NCBI GenBank assembly: GCA_965207885.1
Contig: OZ242311.1
Location: 5,280,001 to 5,344,000 of the forward strand
Source: Candidatus Latescibacterota bacterium
GTDB lineage: Bacteria > Latescibacterota > UBA2968
DNA: 64,000 nt
Direction: 5' to 3'
The position numbers and the translations under genes were made by a program. Below, in pieces: positions 40,336 through 50,549 of the stretch. Below the pieces are notes generated by a model. It had not been told where the DNA came from. It saw nothing but the letters and a program-made list of their open reading frames with translations, and did not search any database. The stretch's first letter is position 1, and each line of letters starts with the position of its first letter.

Positions 40336-42810
40336 CTAACCGTGTGGCAAATAATACTTGTGAAGTTGCTCTTTCGCCACGCCCTTTGCGATCAGACCGT
40401 CAACATAGTCGTCATCATAACCCAATTCCCCGAGAATCTCCCTCGTATGCGCACCCTGTTTGGGACAAGCGTAGAGCAATTGAACAGGCGCGTTTTTCAG
40501 ACGCACATAAGCGGGCGGCGCGAGATCGACAGCACTGCCAGCCGGGTGATCCGTAAAGCGAACAATAGAAATGGAGCGCCCATCATCCCATGTGTCCAAA
40601 TTATCGTCACACACCTCGTGCAAAAACATCTCGCGAATATCCTCAAGCGAATCAATGCGGTGCCCGGCCAGCTCCACCTCGTTAAAAACATTAACCCAAT
40701 GGCCTACATCGCGTTTTTTGATCTCACCCTCTAAAAATTCGCCCGCATCCTCATCAGGTGTATTCTCCAACCCCGCAACACACCTCAACTTATCCATCTC
40801 ATGCTCCAACCCACCCAGGAAAACCCAGCCATCGCGCGCGCGATACATGCGGTGAAGCGCGTGTTCACCAACAGCATCTTGTCCCGCTGGTTCATCGCCC
40901 GAGCACCCGGCTTCGCAAGCATACATAAAAGGCGCCTGCACGAGTTGCCCCCCCTGAGCGAGCGAAGTCGTCACAAAATCGCCACCATCGGGCACGCCAC
41001 TGCGCCTGCGCTTGAGCAACGCCAGCACTGCGCCATAAGTTGCCGAATATCCCGTAATATAATCGATACACGACGCCCAACCGTGCAAGATCGGTTTATT
41101 ACCCTCGCCAGCATAGCGCATTTGTATCCCCGTCGAACCCTGAAGCAAAGGATCAAAACCCGGTCGATTCATCCACGGACCAGGGCGCGGACCATTAAAC
41201 GCCGTCAAATTGAGATACACAATATCGGGTTTGCATCTCTTAACAGCATCGTAGTCAATACCCAAACTTTGCGCAACCCCGGGCCGGAAATTGTGAACAA
41301 TAACATCGGCGGTTTCAACCAGCTTCATAAAAGCTGCCCTGCCAGCCTCGTCTTTCAAATTCAAAATCACACTGCGCTTGCCGGGGCTAACTTCCAGGGG
41401 AAACCAACTGGAAATGCGCGGCCCAAAATAGGGTTCTGGCGGATCGATCTTAATAACCTCCGCGCCGTATTCCGCCAACGTGCGCGCACTGGCTGGTCCC
41501 GCGAGCACATTGGACAAATCCAGAACGCGAATACCTTTTAGAATGGGTTGTGCAGCTTCCATAGATTTGGATTCACCGCCACCTGCAAAAGATTCATCTG
41601 CGTTCATCTGCGTCATCTGCGGATACGCTTCTAACGGTCTCGACGGCCTGGGAACCGCGCATTCATCGGGCGTCTTGGCAAGCCACGTCTGCACCCCGAG
41701 TTGCCGCATAGGTCCATACTCGGGATCATCAACCACAACCGTCAAAGCCGCTTCTTCAGTCTCGGATTTGTGCAACCACTCCTGTGCCGTGCGCTGAATC
41801 GTACACGGCACGCCAGCAGCCGTCAAAACATCGACCCAGTGTTGTGCGGGTTCACTTGCCAGCACACTTTCAATTTTTTCGCGCGCTTTGAGATTCCATT
41901 CGCTGGACAAATGGGATGAATCGGGAATATTATTCGTCAGATGGAGATTCTCATAAACCGGCACATCGACCATCCCCTCTGCGATCAAATCATCGTACAC
42001 CTCCAGCGCTTTGACCAGTGACCGACTATTTCGGGAATGTCCAGCCGTAATAATATAAAGCCATTGCCCATCGCTCGCCCGAAACGTACCAATAAAAGGC
42101 GACCCCGCGCCACTGGATTGTTTCTGGCGACCAGCATTGGCTGGCGTGCCATATCGCGCGGGTTTATCCGCCACATCCAGCATAATAACCGCCATAGCAG
42201 ACATCGCCGCACCAACCAGAGAAACCTCAATCACATCGCCGCGCCCACTCTCTTCACGCGCATACAACGCAAGTGTAACAGCGATAGCACCGTGAATCGC
42301 CCCATAAGTCGAACCCAATGGCATCGGCGTATAAACAGGCGGCAAATCCGATCTTCTACTTTGAAGATCTGTATATTGACCTATAGCCGCGCTGATAATA
42401 CCTTCAAATGCGCGAATAGACGCTCTTTCATCCGTCGAAGCAAAACCCGGCAAAGAGAGATAAACCAACTCCGGATTCAGCGTAGTCATCTCTTCTGCCC
42501 CCAAACCCAATCGCTGCATAACACCCGGGCGGAAATTTTCAATAACCACATCTGCCGAACGGATTAAATTCACCGCAGTCGCGAGATTATCTGCATTTTT
42601 CAGGTCCAGGGTAACGCGCTGTTTGCCCCGATTAAAAACGCCATTTGCCGGCGTATCGTAATCCGGTTTGCCCGGCCGATCCACCTTAATCACCTCAGCA
42701 CCCTGATCTGCGAGCAACATCCCCGTCAAAGGCCCGGCAATATAATGACCGAAATCGACAACGCGGATCCCGGTCAATGGCGCTTGCTTATCGCGTTCTG
42801 GATTCATCAA
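40336..42810 (-). CDS. Double-domain CaiB/BaiF class III CoA-transferase
   Basis: Two L.GIRV.D...AGP...LA..GAEVIK.D domains, each with NFRPGV. Confidence 0.92.
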   Translation of the reverse strand: MMNPERDKQAPLTGIRVVDFGHYIAGPLTGMLLADQGAEVIKVDRPGKPDYDTPANGVFNRGKQRVTLDLKNADNLATAVNLIRSADVVIENFRPGVMQRLGLGAEEMTTLNPELVYLSLPGFASTDERASIRAFEGIISAAIGQYTDLQSRRSDLPPVYTPMPLGSTYGAIHGAIAVTLALYAREESGRGDVIEVSLVGAAMSAMAVIMLDVADKPARYGTPANAGRQKQSSGAGSPFIGTFRASDGQWLYIITAGHSRNSRSLVKALEVYDDLIAEGMVDVPVYENLHLTNNIPDSSHLSSEWNLKAREKIESVLASEPAQHWVDVLTAAGVPCTIQRTAQEWLHKSETEEAALTVVVDDPEYGPMRQLGVQTWLAKTPDECAVPRPSRPLEAYPQMTQMNADESFAGGGESKSMEAAQPILKGIRVLDLSNVLAGPASARTLAEYGAEVIKIDPPEPYFGPRISSWFPLEVSPGKRSVILNLKDEAGRAAFMKLVETADVIVHNFRPGVAQSLGIDYDAVKRCKPDIVYLNLTAFNGPRPGPWMNRPGFDPLLQGSTGIQMRYAGEGNKPILHGWASCIDYITGYSATYGAVLALLKRRRSGVPDGGDFVTTSLAQGGQLVQAPFMYACEAGCSGDEPAGQDAVGEHALHRMYRARDGWVFLGGLEHEMDKLRCVAGLENTPDEDAGEFLEGEIKKRDVGHWVNVFNEVELAGHRIDSLEDIREMFLHEVCDDNLDTWDDGRSISIVRFTDHPAGSAVDLAPPAYVRLKNAPVQLLYACPKQGAHTREILGELGYDDDYVDGLIAKGVAKEQLHKYYLPHG

Positions 42811-43056
42811 CTATCTCCTCAAATAAGGTCCTCTGATGACTCATTAACTGACGTTACGCATAGATCGCCTGTCATTCCCATTTCATAAGCATGACAAGAT
42901 ATAGAGTTGCTACGTAAGGTCAAATATATTTAAATACCGACCTGTCTGTCAGATGCACAGGCTGATGGCAAAACCGTATTGATCGATGTGCAAACCAGCA
43001 TGGAGAGTAAACAATCGCGGTTTTAATCTCTGTCAAAAATACCAGAAGTATAAACC

Positions 43057-43087
43057 AAAAAACCACGCCCAAAGGACATGGTTTTTT
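43057..43087 (-). terminator. Intrinsic terminator ending the RiPP export operon
   Basis: Minus strand CCATGTCC-TTT-GGGCGTGG followed by T6. The G-U pairs work only on the minus strand. Confidence 0.7.
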
Positions 43088-43147
43088 GTTAATAGAAGAT
43101 ACAACTAAAAATAGGAAATTACATACAAAAGTGACAAAGGTAATTCA

Positions 43148-43969
43148 CTACTCCTCTGAGACATTCACATCCTCTTTGGGAAGCGCGTCCTCTGTACATA
43201 TCGAATCCAAGAATGGGTAAGATATGTGGTTTCGTTTTGCCTCGCGTCTTAAACGGAGTTGATAGAGTTCCTGCACACAACGCGCTTTTGTAGCTTCATC
43301 GAGCACAGCGAGGCAGTGTTGTTGAATATAGTACAGCGCATAGCCCGTTTCCACTTTTATGGGACCAATCACCTCACCTACCTCAGCGGCAAATAATAGG
43401 GACGCAACTTCAGCGGGCAAGTCTCGTCGGCTCTGGCGACCGAGATAACCACTTGCAGGGCGCGTGTGCTCATCGAGGGAATATTGACGCGCGAGGGTGT
43501 GAAAATCTCGCCCACCATCCTTGATCTGCATCGCAATCTCTTCGGCAATGTCCTGTTCATTGACCAGAATCCAGCATATTTCCCGACGTTCAGACGCCAG
43601 TTTCTGGCTTGCAAAATGCGTTTGAATCGCTTCAGTAGTGATTTGCGCTTTCAAACGCTCCTGGAGCATCTGATATTCAATTTCCCGTGCCATGTCAGTG
43701 AAGGTGATATTGCGTTGTGATAACCAGTTTTCCGTATCTTCAACACTTTCCAATCTGTTTTTGTACCGCCATTGGTCTATCCCCTTTTGCAGTTCATTTT
43801 GAGGAATTTTAATTTTTTCTCGTTGGGCGATTTGAAAGACCAGACCGCGTTGCGTAAAGAGCTCGTGCAAGCTGTCCTTGTTAGTCGCCCGCATTGATTT
43901 CACGATATGGGACAAGCGAATTTGTGTCTCGTTTATTTGAATGATGACGGGGTCAATTGAATTTGCCAT
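43148..43969 (-). CDS. PpiC-type peptidyl-prolyl isomerase associated with T1SS/bacteriocin export
   Basis: DFHTLARQYS, GYLG and GEVIGPI rotamase motifs. Starts 1 nt after the HlyD stop. Confidence 0.88.
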   Translation of the reverse strand: MANSIDPVIIQINETQIRLSHIVKSMRATNKDSLHELFTQRGLVFQIAQREKIKIPQNELQKGIDQWRYKNRLESVEDTENWLSQRNITFTDMAREIEYQMLQERLKAQITTEAIQTHFASQKLASERREICWILVNEQDIAEEIAMQIKDGGRDFHTLARQYSLDEHTRPASGYLGRQSRRDLPAEVASLLFAAEVGEVIGPIKVETGYALYYIQQHCLAVLDEATKARCVQELYQLRLRREAKRNHISYPFLDSICTEDALPKEDVNVSEE

Positions 43970-43970
43970 T

Positions 43971-45320
43971 TTATTTTTCAGCCTCTGGAGAAAGCGCGGC
44001 CAGGTCGCGCAATTGCCGCAGTGGATTGAGTGCGAGCATCAAAATGGACTGGCGGTCTGTTATGATTTCTGCCGCGCCCTTCATGCCAAACATAAATGCT
44101 TTTTCCTCGCCGTGTACAAGAATGGTCGTGTACTCCAGATCAATAATGCCTCTAAACACAGTTCCCGAACCGTCATCGCCCATTGCGTCAGGTGAAATCT
44201 GTCTCAAATAGCCGTGCTGGATGCCGTAGTCCTGAAATGGAAATGCTTCAAATTTGAGCTTTACCTTTTGTCCAGATGACAGCAGGCCCACGTCTTTATT
44301 TAATATCAGGGCTTCGGCTACAATCGGCGTCGAGGCCGGTGCAATAGTTACCAGTGTCTGGCCTTTATTGACCACTTGACCTGGTGTATTGACCAGAACT
44401 TGTGTGACGATTCCCGGTTCAGGTGCAAGAATTAGATCGATGTCTGCATCAACAGATCGATTAACCGTTTGTTTCGCTTGTTTGAGTCTGATTTCTGCAA
44501 TGTCATAAGCATTTTGGAAGTTTGCCCGAGTGCGTTCGAGTTCGAGTCGTTCTTCGAGAATTTGGCGTTTTAAGTCCTTTAGGGAAACCTCATAACGATT
44601 GATCTCTGCCATCCGCGCGGGCAGTTCTGCCAATGCGCTCAGATAGCGGACTTTGGCTTCATCGCGTGCCGCAAGGCTGATGAGTCTCTTTTCGTACAAT
44701 TTTTGGTTTTGTTCATATTGTTGTTTCAAATGTTCTACTTCTGCGGAACGGAATTGTATTTCGATCTCAAGGTCGGGGGGTTGAGACGTTTCTGTGTGTT
44801 TTCCAAGTGCTTCCCGGTAGGTCTGCATTGCTGTTTGCATGACGTGAACGCGATGCTCAAGCGCGGAGATGGTCTCTTTTGCCAAAATTCTTTTTTGCGG
44901 CAGGGTTTGTTGCAGATCAAATTCTGCTTTTTTGAATGCGATTTCTGCTTGTTCCAGTTCGCGGAACTCCTTGAGGGTTTCTTGCGAGCGGAGTCTGAAT
45001 AAGATCTGCCCTTCAGCAATCAGGTCCCCCGAATGGATAGCGATTTCCTGGATTTCGCCAGAACGCGGTGCCTGGATGTTCTGAACCTTTCCCAATGGGA
45101 CCAGACGAAATGGGGCTGTTGCGACAACATCGACCTGACCGTACCAGGCCCATGCTATGGAGATGGCAATAAAAAGCAGCAGAATATAAATAAGCGCGCG
45201 GCTGAAAAAAGGGTGTAATGATCCTAAAAACTCGATGGTGCTTTCGGCCAAATCCGTTTCGTTTTCAAGCGGTTTTTCGCGTGGTTCTATTGGCAATTTT
45301 TCAATTTGAGCTTCGGCCAT
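43971..45320 (-). CDS. HlyD family membrane fusion protein
   Basis: N-terminal TM, coiled coil, K.K.EAFPFQDYG...G...ISPDA and GM.G.AEI motifs. Confidence 0.93.
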   Translation of the reverse strand: MAEAQIEKLPIEPREKPLENETDLAESTIEFLGSLHPFFSRALIYILLLFIAISIAWAWYGQVDVVATAPFRLVPLGKVQNIQAPRSGEIQEIAIHSGDLIAEGQILFRLRSQETLKEFRELEQAEIAFKKAEFDLQQTLPQKRILAKETISALEHRVHVMQTAMQTYREALGKHTETSQPPDLEIEIQFRSAEVEHLKQQYEQNQKLYEKRLISLAARDEAKVRYLSALAELPARMAEINRYEVSLKDLKRQILEERLELERTRANFQNAYDIAEIRLKQAKQTVNRSVDADIDLILAPEPGIVTQVLVNTPGQVVNKGQTLVTIAPASTPIVAEALILNKDVGLLSSGQKVKLKFEAFPFQDYGIQHGYLRQISPDAMGDDGSGTVFRGIIDLEYTTILVHGEEKAFMFGMKGAAEIITDRQSILMLALNPLRQLRDLAALSPEAEK

Positions 45321-45358
45321 TGAAATTCCGTTTTTTGTAATGTGTTAGCACGCTCGCG

Positions 45359-48325
45359 TTACACGACCTGCAATTGTTGTCCCGATAGATTGCAATAAAG
45401 TCCTTGTTCTGCGATGAGTGTATCGTGCGTGCCCTGTTCAATAATGTTCCCGTCATCCAGTACAAGGATCAAATCCGCATCTTTTACTGTGCTCACCCGG
45501 TGGGCGATGATAAACGCGGTCTTACCTTCCAGCATGGTGTCTAACCCTTCCTGAATCGCTCGCTCGGACTCTGTATCCAGAGCATTGGTGGCCTCATCAA
45601 AGATGATAATTTTGGGGTCGCCATATAGTGCTCTGGCAATGGACAGGCGTTGTCGCTGACCACCGGAAAGTCCCACACCCTGTTCCCGAATTTTGGTTTC
45701 ATATCCCATTGGCAGGTCTTTGATAAAGTCGTGGGCATAAGCGAGTTTGGAAACTTCCATCAAACGATCCATATCGACATCTTTGACCCCTATGGCGATA
45801 TTTTCGGTGATGGTGGCATTGAACATGACGGGTTCTTGCAAAACCATCCCCACCTGACGCCGCAACCATCCAGGATCAAATTCGCGCAGGTCTGTGTCAT
45901 CGAGGGTAACGCACCCCTCTGTGGGATCAAATAGTCGGGGTATGAGTTTTACCAGTGTTGTCTTGCCCGCACCGCTACGGCCTACTATGGCTACTTTCTG
46001 GCCGGACGATATGTCCAAATTTATGTCGCTTAAGACATAAGGTTCTGTCGATCCCGATCCATACCGGAAGAATACATCGTCAAATGCGATGTGTCCTTCT
46101 ACGTCTGTGAGTTGAACCGAATAGTTGCGGTTGCGCGATGACTCGGTTCGCATATCGTAGATATCGTTTAATCGGTCCAGCCCCATTTTTGCCAGTTGAA
46201 TCTGCGGCCACAGGTTAATCAATCCCATAATTGGTCCCAATACCCTGCCACTGAGCATATTGAATGCGATTAGTTGACCGACAGATAAGTCGCCCTGAAT
46301 GACCAGGTTCGCGCCATACCAGAGCACGATGGTGCTGCCCAAAACATTGTTTAGCTGTCCAAAAGACCCAAATAGCATATTTGTTTTGATTGCAGTAAAA
46401 CCAATTTTTATTTCCTGGGTCAAGCGTTCTTCCCAGGACCATCGCGTGGATTTTTCGACTGCGAGGGTTTTTATGACTTCAATGCCGCGTAGAGAATCAA
46501 TGAGTAAGGATGACCATTCTGAGCGGGCGAGAAAAGAGCGCTGGTTGATGGACTTGAGGATTGGGGTGTAGATTAAGGTCAGGATAATGCTAAACGGTAT
46601 GAATGCCAGAACATAGAGTGTCAAAGTGGTGTGGTAATAGAACATCAAGCCCAGATAGACAAAGATCATGATTGCATCAAGGACGGCTGAAATAGCCGTT
46701 TCTGTCAACAAGCTCCTCAAGTATTGGCTCTCTCGAAATCGCGTCATGATTTCACCGGTTCTGCGGAGGGCGAAAAACCGCATGGGCAGACGGAGGAGAT
46801 GGTGGTAGATGTGTGATAACATCGAGATGCTGATGCGCGCTCCCACATATCCAATCAGGTAGTTGCGCAGTGATGATGTGGCGATCCGAAATAAGGTGAT
46901 GATGATCATGCCTAAGAGCAGGAGATTGAGCAGACTATTATCCTGGTGAACGAGGACTTGATCGAGGATCATCTGGGTGAACAGAGGAGAAGCAAGGCCA
47001 AAGAGGTTCAGTACAAGGGAGGCGATCAGGATTTCGATGAGAATGCCGAGGTATGGACGGGCGAGTGGGAAAAACCGCCTGAACGATGATTTTCTTCCCC
47101 TGTATCTTGCGACCTTGTCGGTGTATTCAAGTATTAAGGCGAGTTTGGACCACTTGTCTTCAAATTCTTTGCGGGAGATTTTTCGGCGTCCAAGTGCAGG
47201 GTCGGCGATCCATGCGTATTTTGAACTGATGCGATACAGAACGACAAAGTGATAGCCTTCCCAGTGTGCGATAAGCGGCAGGTCTCTTTCTCCGATTTCA
47301 CTGTATCCAATCCGCACGCCGCGCGTTAAAAAGCCCAGGTTTTCAGCGGCTTCGGCAAGTGCGGATAGGGATGTGCCTTCCCGCGAGACATTGGCCATGT
47401 CTCGAAGTCGGTTTAATCCAATGGATTGTCCATAATATTGACAGATCATGCCGAGGCAGGCCGCGCCGCAATCGGTCTCATCGTGTTGCTTGATGTAGGG
47501 AAATGTGATGTAATTTCGCAGTTTTCGAGGGCTTTGATCAGAGATGCTATTTTCAGGCTCGATTTCTATTGTTTTAATTCGACCATTTTGCGGCACTGTC
47601 TCGCGCGGCTCTTCTTGTTCATTTTTCTCGAAGATCCGAATGAGTTGGGGAGCACTTTCAAGCACTCTGGCAAAGTCGCTGTGCGAAAGGGTGTAGAGCA
47701 CGACTTCTGTTTCTGTTTCAATAGTGATTTCATCACACTGCATGCCGCTAAAAAAGTCGCCCGGCTTTAACCTTTTGGAAGGCTGGTTCCCCTCTCTCAA
47801 CTGCAAGGTTCCGCGGCCAATGAGATAGAGTTTTTTTGCTTCTTCATCCTGCCATACTGCTTTTTCTCCTTCCGCAATAACCTTCCGCGCCAGACATTGG
47901 AAAAAGAGCTGCATAACCTCCTGGAGGTTTACGGTGTCCAGCGCTATGAATTTTGTGAAGTTTCGATAGGCGATGTCTCGCACTTGATCGAGCAGGTATG
48001 GAGTCAGTTCCCGATGCTCTGATACGAGGGCGTGAAAGTTGCCCTGAGAAATTTTCAGTACGATTGAGGATTCAACCGCTCGAACCGTTGCCCTGCGCGG
48101 TTTGCCCGTGAGCAATGCGCCTTCTCCGCAATGGTCGCCGGGAAAGAGATAACCGAGGGTCTGCATCTCATCATTGCTGTCTCTCGTTAAAACCCTGAGT
48201 TGCCCGGATACGACATAGTAAAAGCAATCGCCCCTGTCGCCTTCATAAAACAAAACCTCTCCGAGATTGACCTGCATTTCCTCTGCATGAGGTCTCAGAG
48301 AGGCATATAGATCGGTTCGTTTCAT
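45359..48325 (-). CDS. Peptidase C39-containing ABC exporter with N-terminal cNMP-binding domains
   Basis: QHDETDCGAACL (catalytic Cys), HWEGYHFVV, Walker A GRSGAGKT, LSGGQRQR and FDEAT motifs. Confidence 0.95.
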   Translation of the reverse strand: MKRTDLYASLRPHAEEMQVNLGEVLFYEGDRGDCFYYVVSGQLRVLTRDSNDEMQTLGYLFPGDHCGEGALLTGKPRRATVRAVESSIVLKISQGNFHALVSEHRELTPYLLDQVRDIAYRNFTKFIALDTVNLQEVMQLFFQCLARKVIAEGEKAVWQDEEAKKLYLIGRGTLQLREGNQPSKRLKPGDFFSGMQCDEITIETETEVVLYTLSHSDFARVLESAPQLIRIFEKNEQEEPRETVPQNGRIKTIEIEPENSISDQSPRKLRNYITFPYIKQHDETDCGAACLGMICQYYGQSIGLNRLRDMANVSREGTSLSALAEAAENLGFLTRGVRIGYSEIGERDLPLIAHWEGYHFVVLYRISSKYAWIADPALGRRKISRKEFEDKWSKLALILEYTDKVARYRGRKSSFRRFFPLARPYLGILIEILIASLVLNLFGLASPLFTQMILDQVLVHQDNSLLNLLLLGMIIITLFRIATSSLRNYLIGYVGARISISMLSHIYHHLLRLPMRFFALRRTGEIMTRFRESQYLRSLLTETAISAVLDAIMIFVYLGLMFYYHTTLTLYVLAFIPFSIILTLIYTPILKSINQRSFLARSEWSSLLIDSLRGIEVIKTLAVEKSTRWSWEERLTQEIKIGFTAIKTNMLFGSFGQLNNVLGSTIVLWYGANLVIQGDLSVGQLIAFNMLSGRVLGPIMGLINLWPQIQLAKMGLDRLNDIYDMRTESSRNRNYSVQLTDVEGHIAFDDVFFRYGSGSTEPYVLSDINLDISSGQKVAIVGRSGAGKTTLVKLIPRLFDPTEGCVTLDDTDLREFDPGWLRRQVGMVLQEPVMFNATITENIAIGVKDVDMDRLMEVSKLAYAHDFIKDLPMGYETKIREQGVGLSGGQRQRLSIARALYGDPKIIIFDEATNALDTESERAIQEGLDTMLEGKTAFIIAHRVSTVKDADLILVLDDGNIIEQGTHDTLIAEQGLYCNLSGQQLQVV

Positions 48326-48358
48326 GATGTTTTCCAGCCCCGCTTTGCATAAAGTCTT

Positions 48359-48931
48359 TTACTCAGCTTCAAATACACGCCACTTTGAGTCGGGTGACTT
48401 CTTGAGCACTGTCTTGTCCGAAAGCAGAACCTGAAATATGTATCGACTGCCATTAACAGGCATCTGTGCATGGACTGAATAGCAACGCCGGCACGCCTTT
48501 ATCTTGATCTCTGTGTCACAGGGGATACAGTCCATGTGTCCTGAAGGGTTTCTTTTACATCGCAGGCACTCAATTTGTTCGATCAGGTTTTTGTTCCGTT
48601 CCTGGTATTTCACCAACTCGCCAGGAGCTATCATGGCACCTATATACTCCAGACCTGCAGAGTGACACTCTTTGCAGTACCATCCTGAAAAGTCGCCGTA
48701 CACGAGTTGACAATTACCACATATGGAAATGTACTCCACATCTGGCTCGCGATTCTCAAAACGCCTGAAGTATGCCAGAATATCGGCCTTATCATCATCG
48801 GACAATTTCTCAAATGGCTGTAGTTTGGATCCACACTCCTGGCAGGGGTCGCCAAAGAAACGTTTTGCCCAGAGACCACCAATTCCCAGGACTACAATAA
48901 TGAGAATGGTCAAAATAATAAACGCTTCCAC
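48359..48931 (-). CDS. Membrane-anchored Cys-rich protein with six CxxC pairs
   Basis: N-terminal TM, then CQEC, CGNC, CKEC, CLRC, CIPC and CRRC. GAGGA RBS with a GTG start. Confidence 0.7.
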   Translation of the reverse strand: MEAFIILTILIIVVLGIGGLWAKRFFGDPCQECGSKLQPFEKLSDDDKADILAYFRRFENREPDVEYISICGNCQLVYGDFSGWYCKECHSAGLEYIGAMIAPGELVKYQERNKNLIEQIECLRCKRNPSGHMDCIPCDTEIKIKACRRCYSVHAQMPVNGSRYIFQVLLSDKTVLKKSPDSKWRVFEAE

Positions 48932-49074
48932 AGTAGGGTCCTCTTGTCAGTGTTTATTGCTATGTCCTCTGCCCTACGGGTTTTCGTCTCTATCCATCTG
49001 TGTCCATCTGCATAAAACGCTCAAATGGACCGCTGCGCAATTATACACCGTTCACTCGCGTTTTTTTTGCGGAT

Positions 49075-50430
49075 CTATTCAATCAATTCTTTGACATCGT
49101 GAATGCGAATATCAACCTCAGGCAAGTGTTTATTCAGAATGTCTATGATGTAATCTTTCGGACCGAGAAAAAGCATGATCATATTCTCCTGTACAAAGAA
49201 TTTTTCGAGAAAAGCTCGCACCTCAACATCGGTGACGGAATCATAACCGCCTTTGTGAGTTGGCGAATTATAGATGGCTTGATATACCTCATTGTCCAGT
49301 CTTCGCTGTAGTGTCAACAACTCATGAGCATAGATGACATTGCGACTTTCACGCAACTCTTTTATTGCCGCCCAAAAGCGGGGATTGTCGGGCAGTTTTC
49401 GGATGAAATCGGACATTTTTACGATCAACGCTTCACTATTATGGAATTGAGGATCAGCAAAAATTTCAAGAAACATGATTCCCTCTGATGATGACAAATT
49501 GCAAGAAGGGCCATAGACCAATCCCAACTCTTCTCTGAAATGTGTATTGAGCAAGCCTTGAGTACCATATCGTACAAGTATCCTGGATATCATTTTTGGA
49601 ATATAGCTCTCTTCTTTTTCTAAATTTCCACAAGGTATCAGCCAAAAACAAAAAATACTTTTTACGCCTGAAAAATTAAATACAAAAGCTGTAGGACCGA
49701 TATTATAATCCGTTATTGGAAATTTCGGTGAATGCACAAACCCCCCTGCCTGTCCGTGTTGCAGCAAGTGGGTCTCTCGCTTTTCTATAACTGGACGAAG
49801 TAGTTTCGAGATCTCAGTAGAATCGAGGTCTGAAATCACCTTAAAAAACACCACGTCTGTTTTCAGCAGTTGATCATAATATTGCGTGATGTCCTTAAGC
49901 GAGAGATTTTTGAGCGTTTTTAAAGATATATGTTTCTTTATGCCTTTTGTTTTTGAAAGTGCAAAATTTTTTATAAACGTATAATCCCGCAGGTAAGCCC
50001 GGTAATCAGCAACCAGCCCTTTTTTTATATCTTGTAATTCAGACTCAGAAAACTCGAGATTATATATGAAATCGCGGACTATTTTTATAGATCTGCCACT
50101 ATTCTCAGATAAGCCATAAATGGATATTGTTCGGTATAGGGTATTAGTAGTGATATTCAGACGAGTACCTAATGCTTCTAATTGATCCATATACCCCTGC
50201 TTTTGGACAGCCTTCCAGATCAATTGTGAGACTACCATTGCAAGCCCAGCTTGATATGGCTGTTCCGCACCGCTCCCAGCTCCGAGGAAGATAATCTCAA
50301 TTTTGGTCAATGGCGCGCGTTTGTCCTGGCGATAAAAAATTTGGTGGTTAGGTATCTCTGCAAAAGCGGGCAGGATACTAACCACGCAGCACAGAGCAAA
50401 ATTAAGTATCACTTTCAGAAACATATTCAT
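49075..50430 (-). CDS. M16 peptidase-like subunit lacking the catalytic motif
   Basis: Signal peptide, AGS..E...AGLA and REELGLVY motifs. No HxxEH. Confidence 0.75.
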   Translation of the reverse strand: MNMFLKVILNFALCCVVSILPAFAEIPNHQIFYRQDKRAPLTKIEIIFLGAGSGAEQPYQAGLAMVVSQLIWKAVQKQGYMDQLEALGTRLNITTNTLYRTISIYGLSENSGRSIKIVRDFIYNLEFSESELQDIKKGLVADYRAYLRDYTFIKNFALSKTKGIKKHISLKTLKNLSLKDITQYYDQLLKTDVVFFKVISDLDSTEISKLLRPVIEKRETHLLQHGQAGGFVHSPKFPITDYNIGPTAFVFNFSGVKSIFCFWLIPCGNLEKEESYIPKMISRILVRYGTQGLLNTHFREELGLVYGPSCNLSSSEGIMFLEIFADPQFHNSEALIVKMSDFIRKLPDNPRFWAAIKELRESRNVIYAHELLTLQRRLDNEVYQAIYNSPTHKGGYDSVTDVEVRAFLEKFFVQENMIMLFLGPKDYIIDILNKHLPEVDIRIHDVKELIE

Positions 50431-50549
50431 TGGTCTTTCGAGAGAACTTCCTACGTAAATTTTTTATCTATAAACAGTGTGACAAGACCACCCAGCAGCG
50501 TTAGAAAATCTACGCCTGTCAATATCATAATTCCATAGTGTAAGGATGT

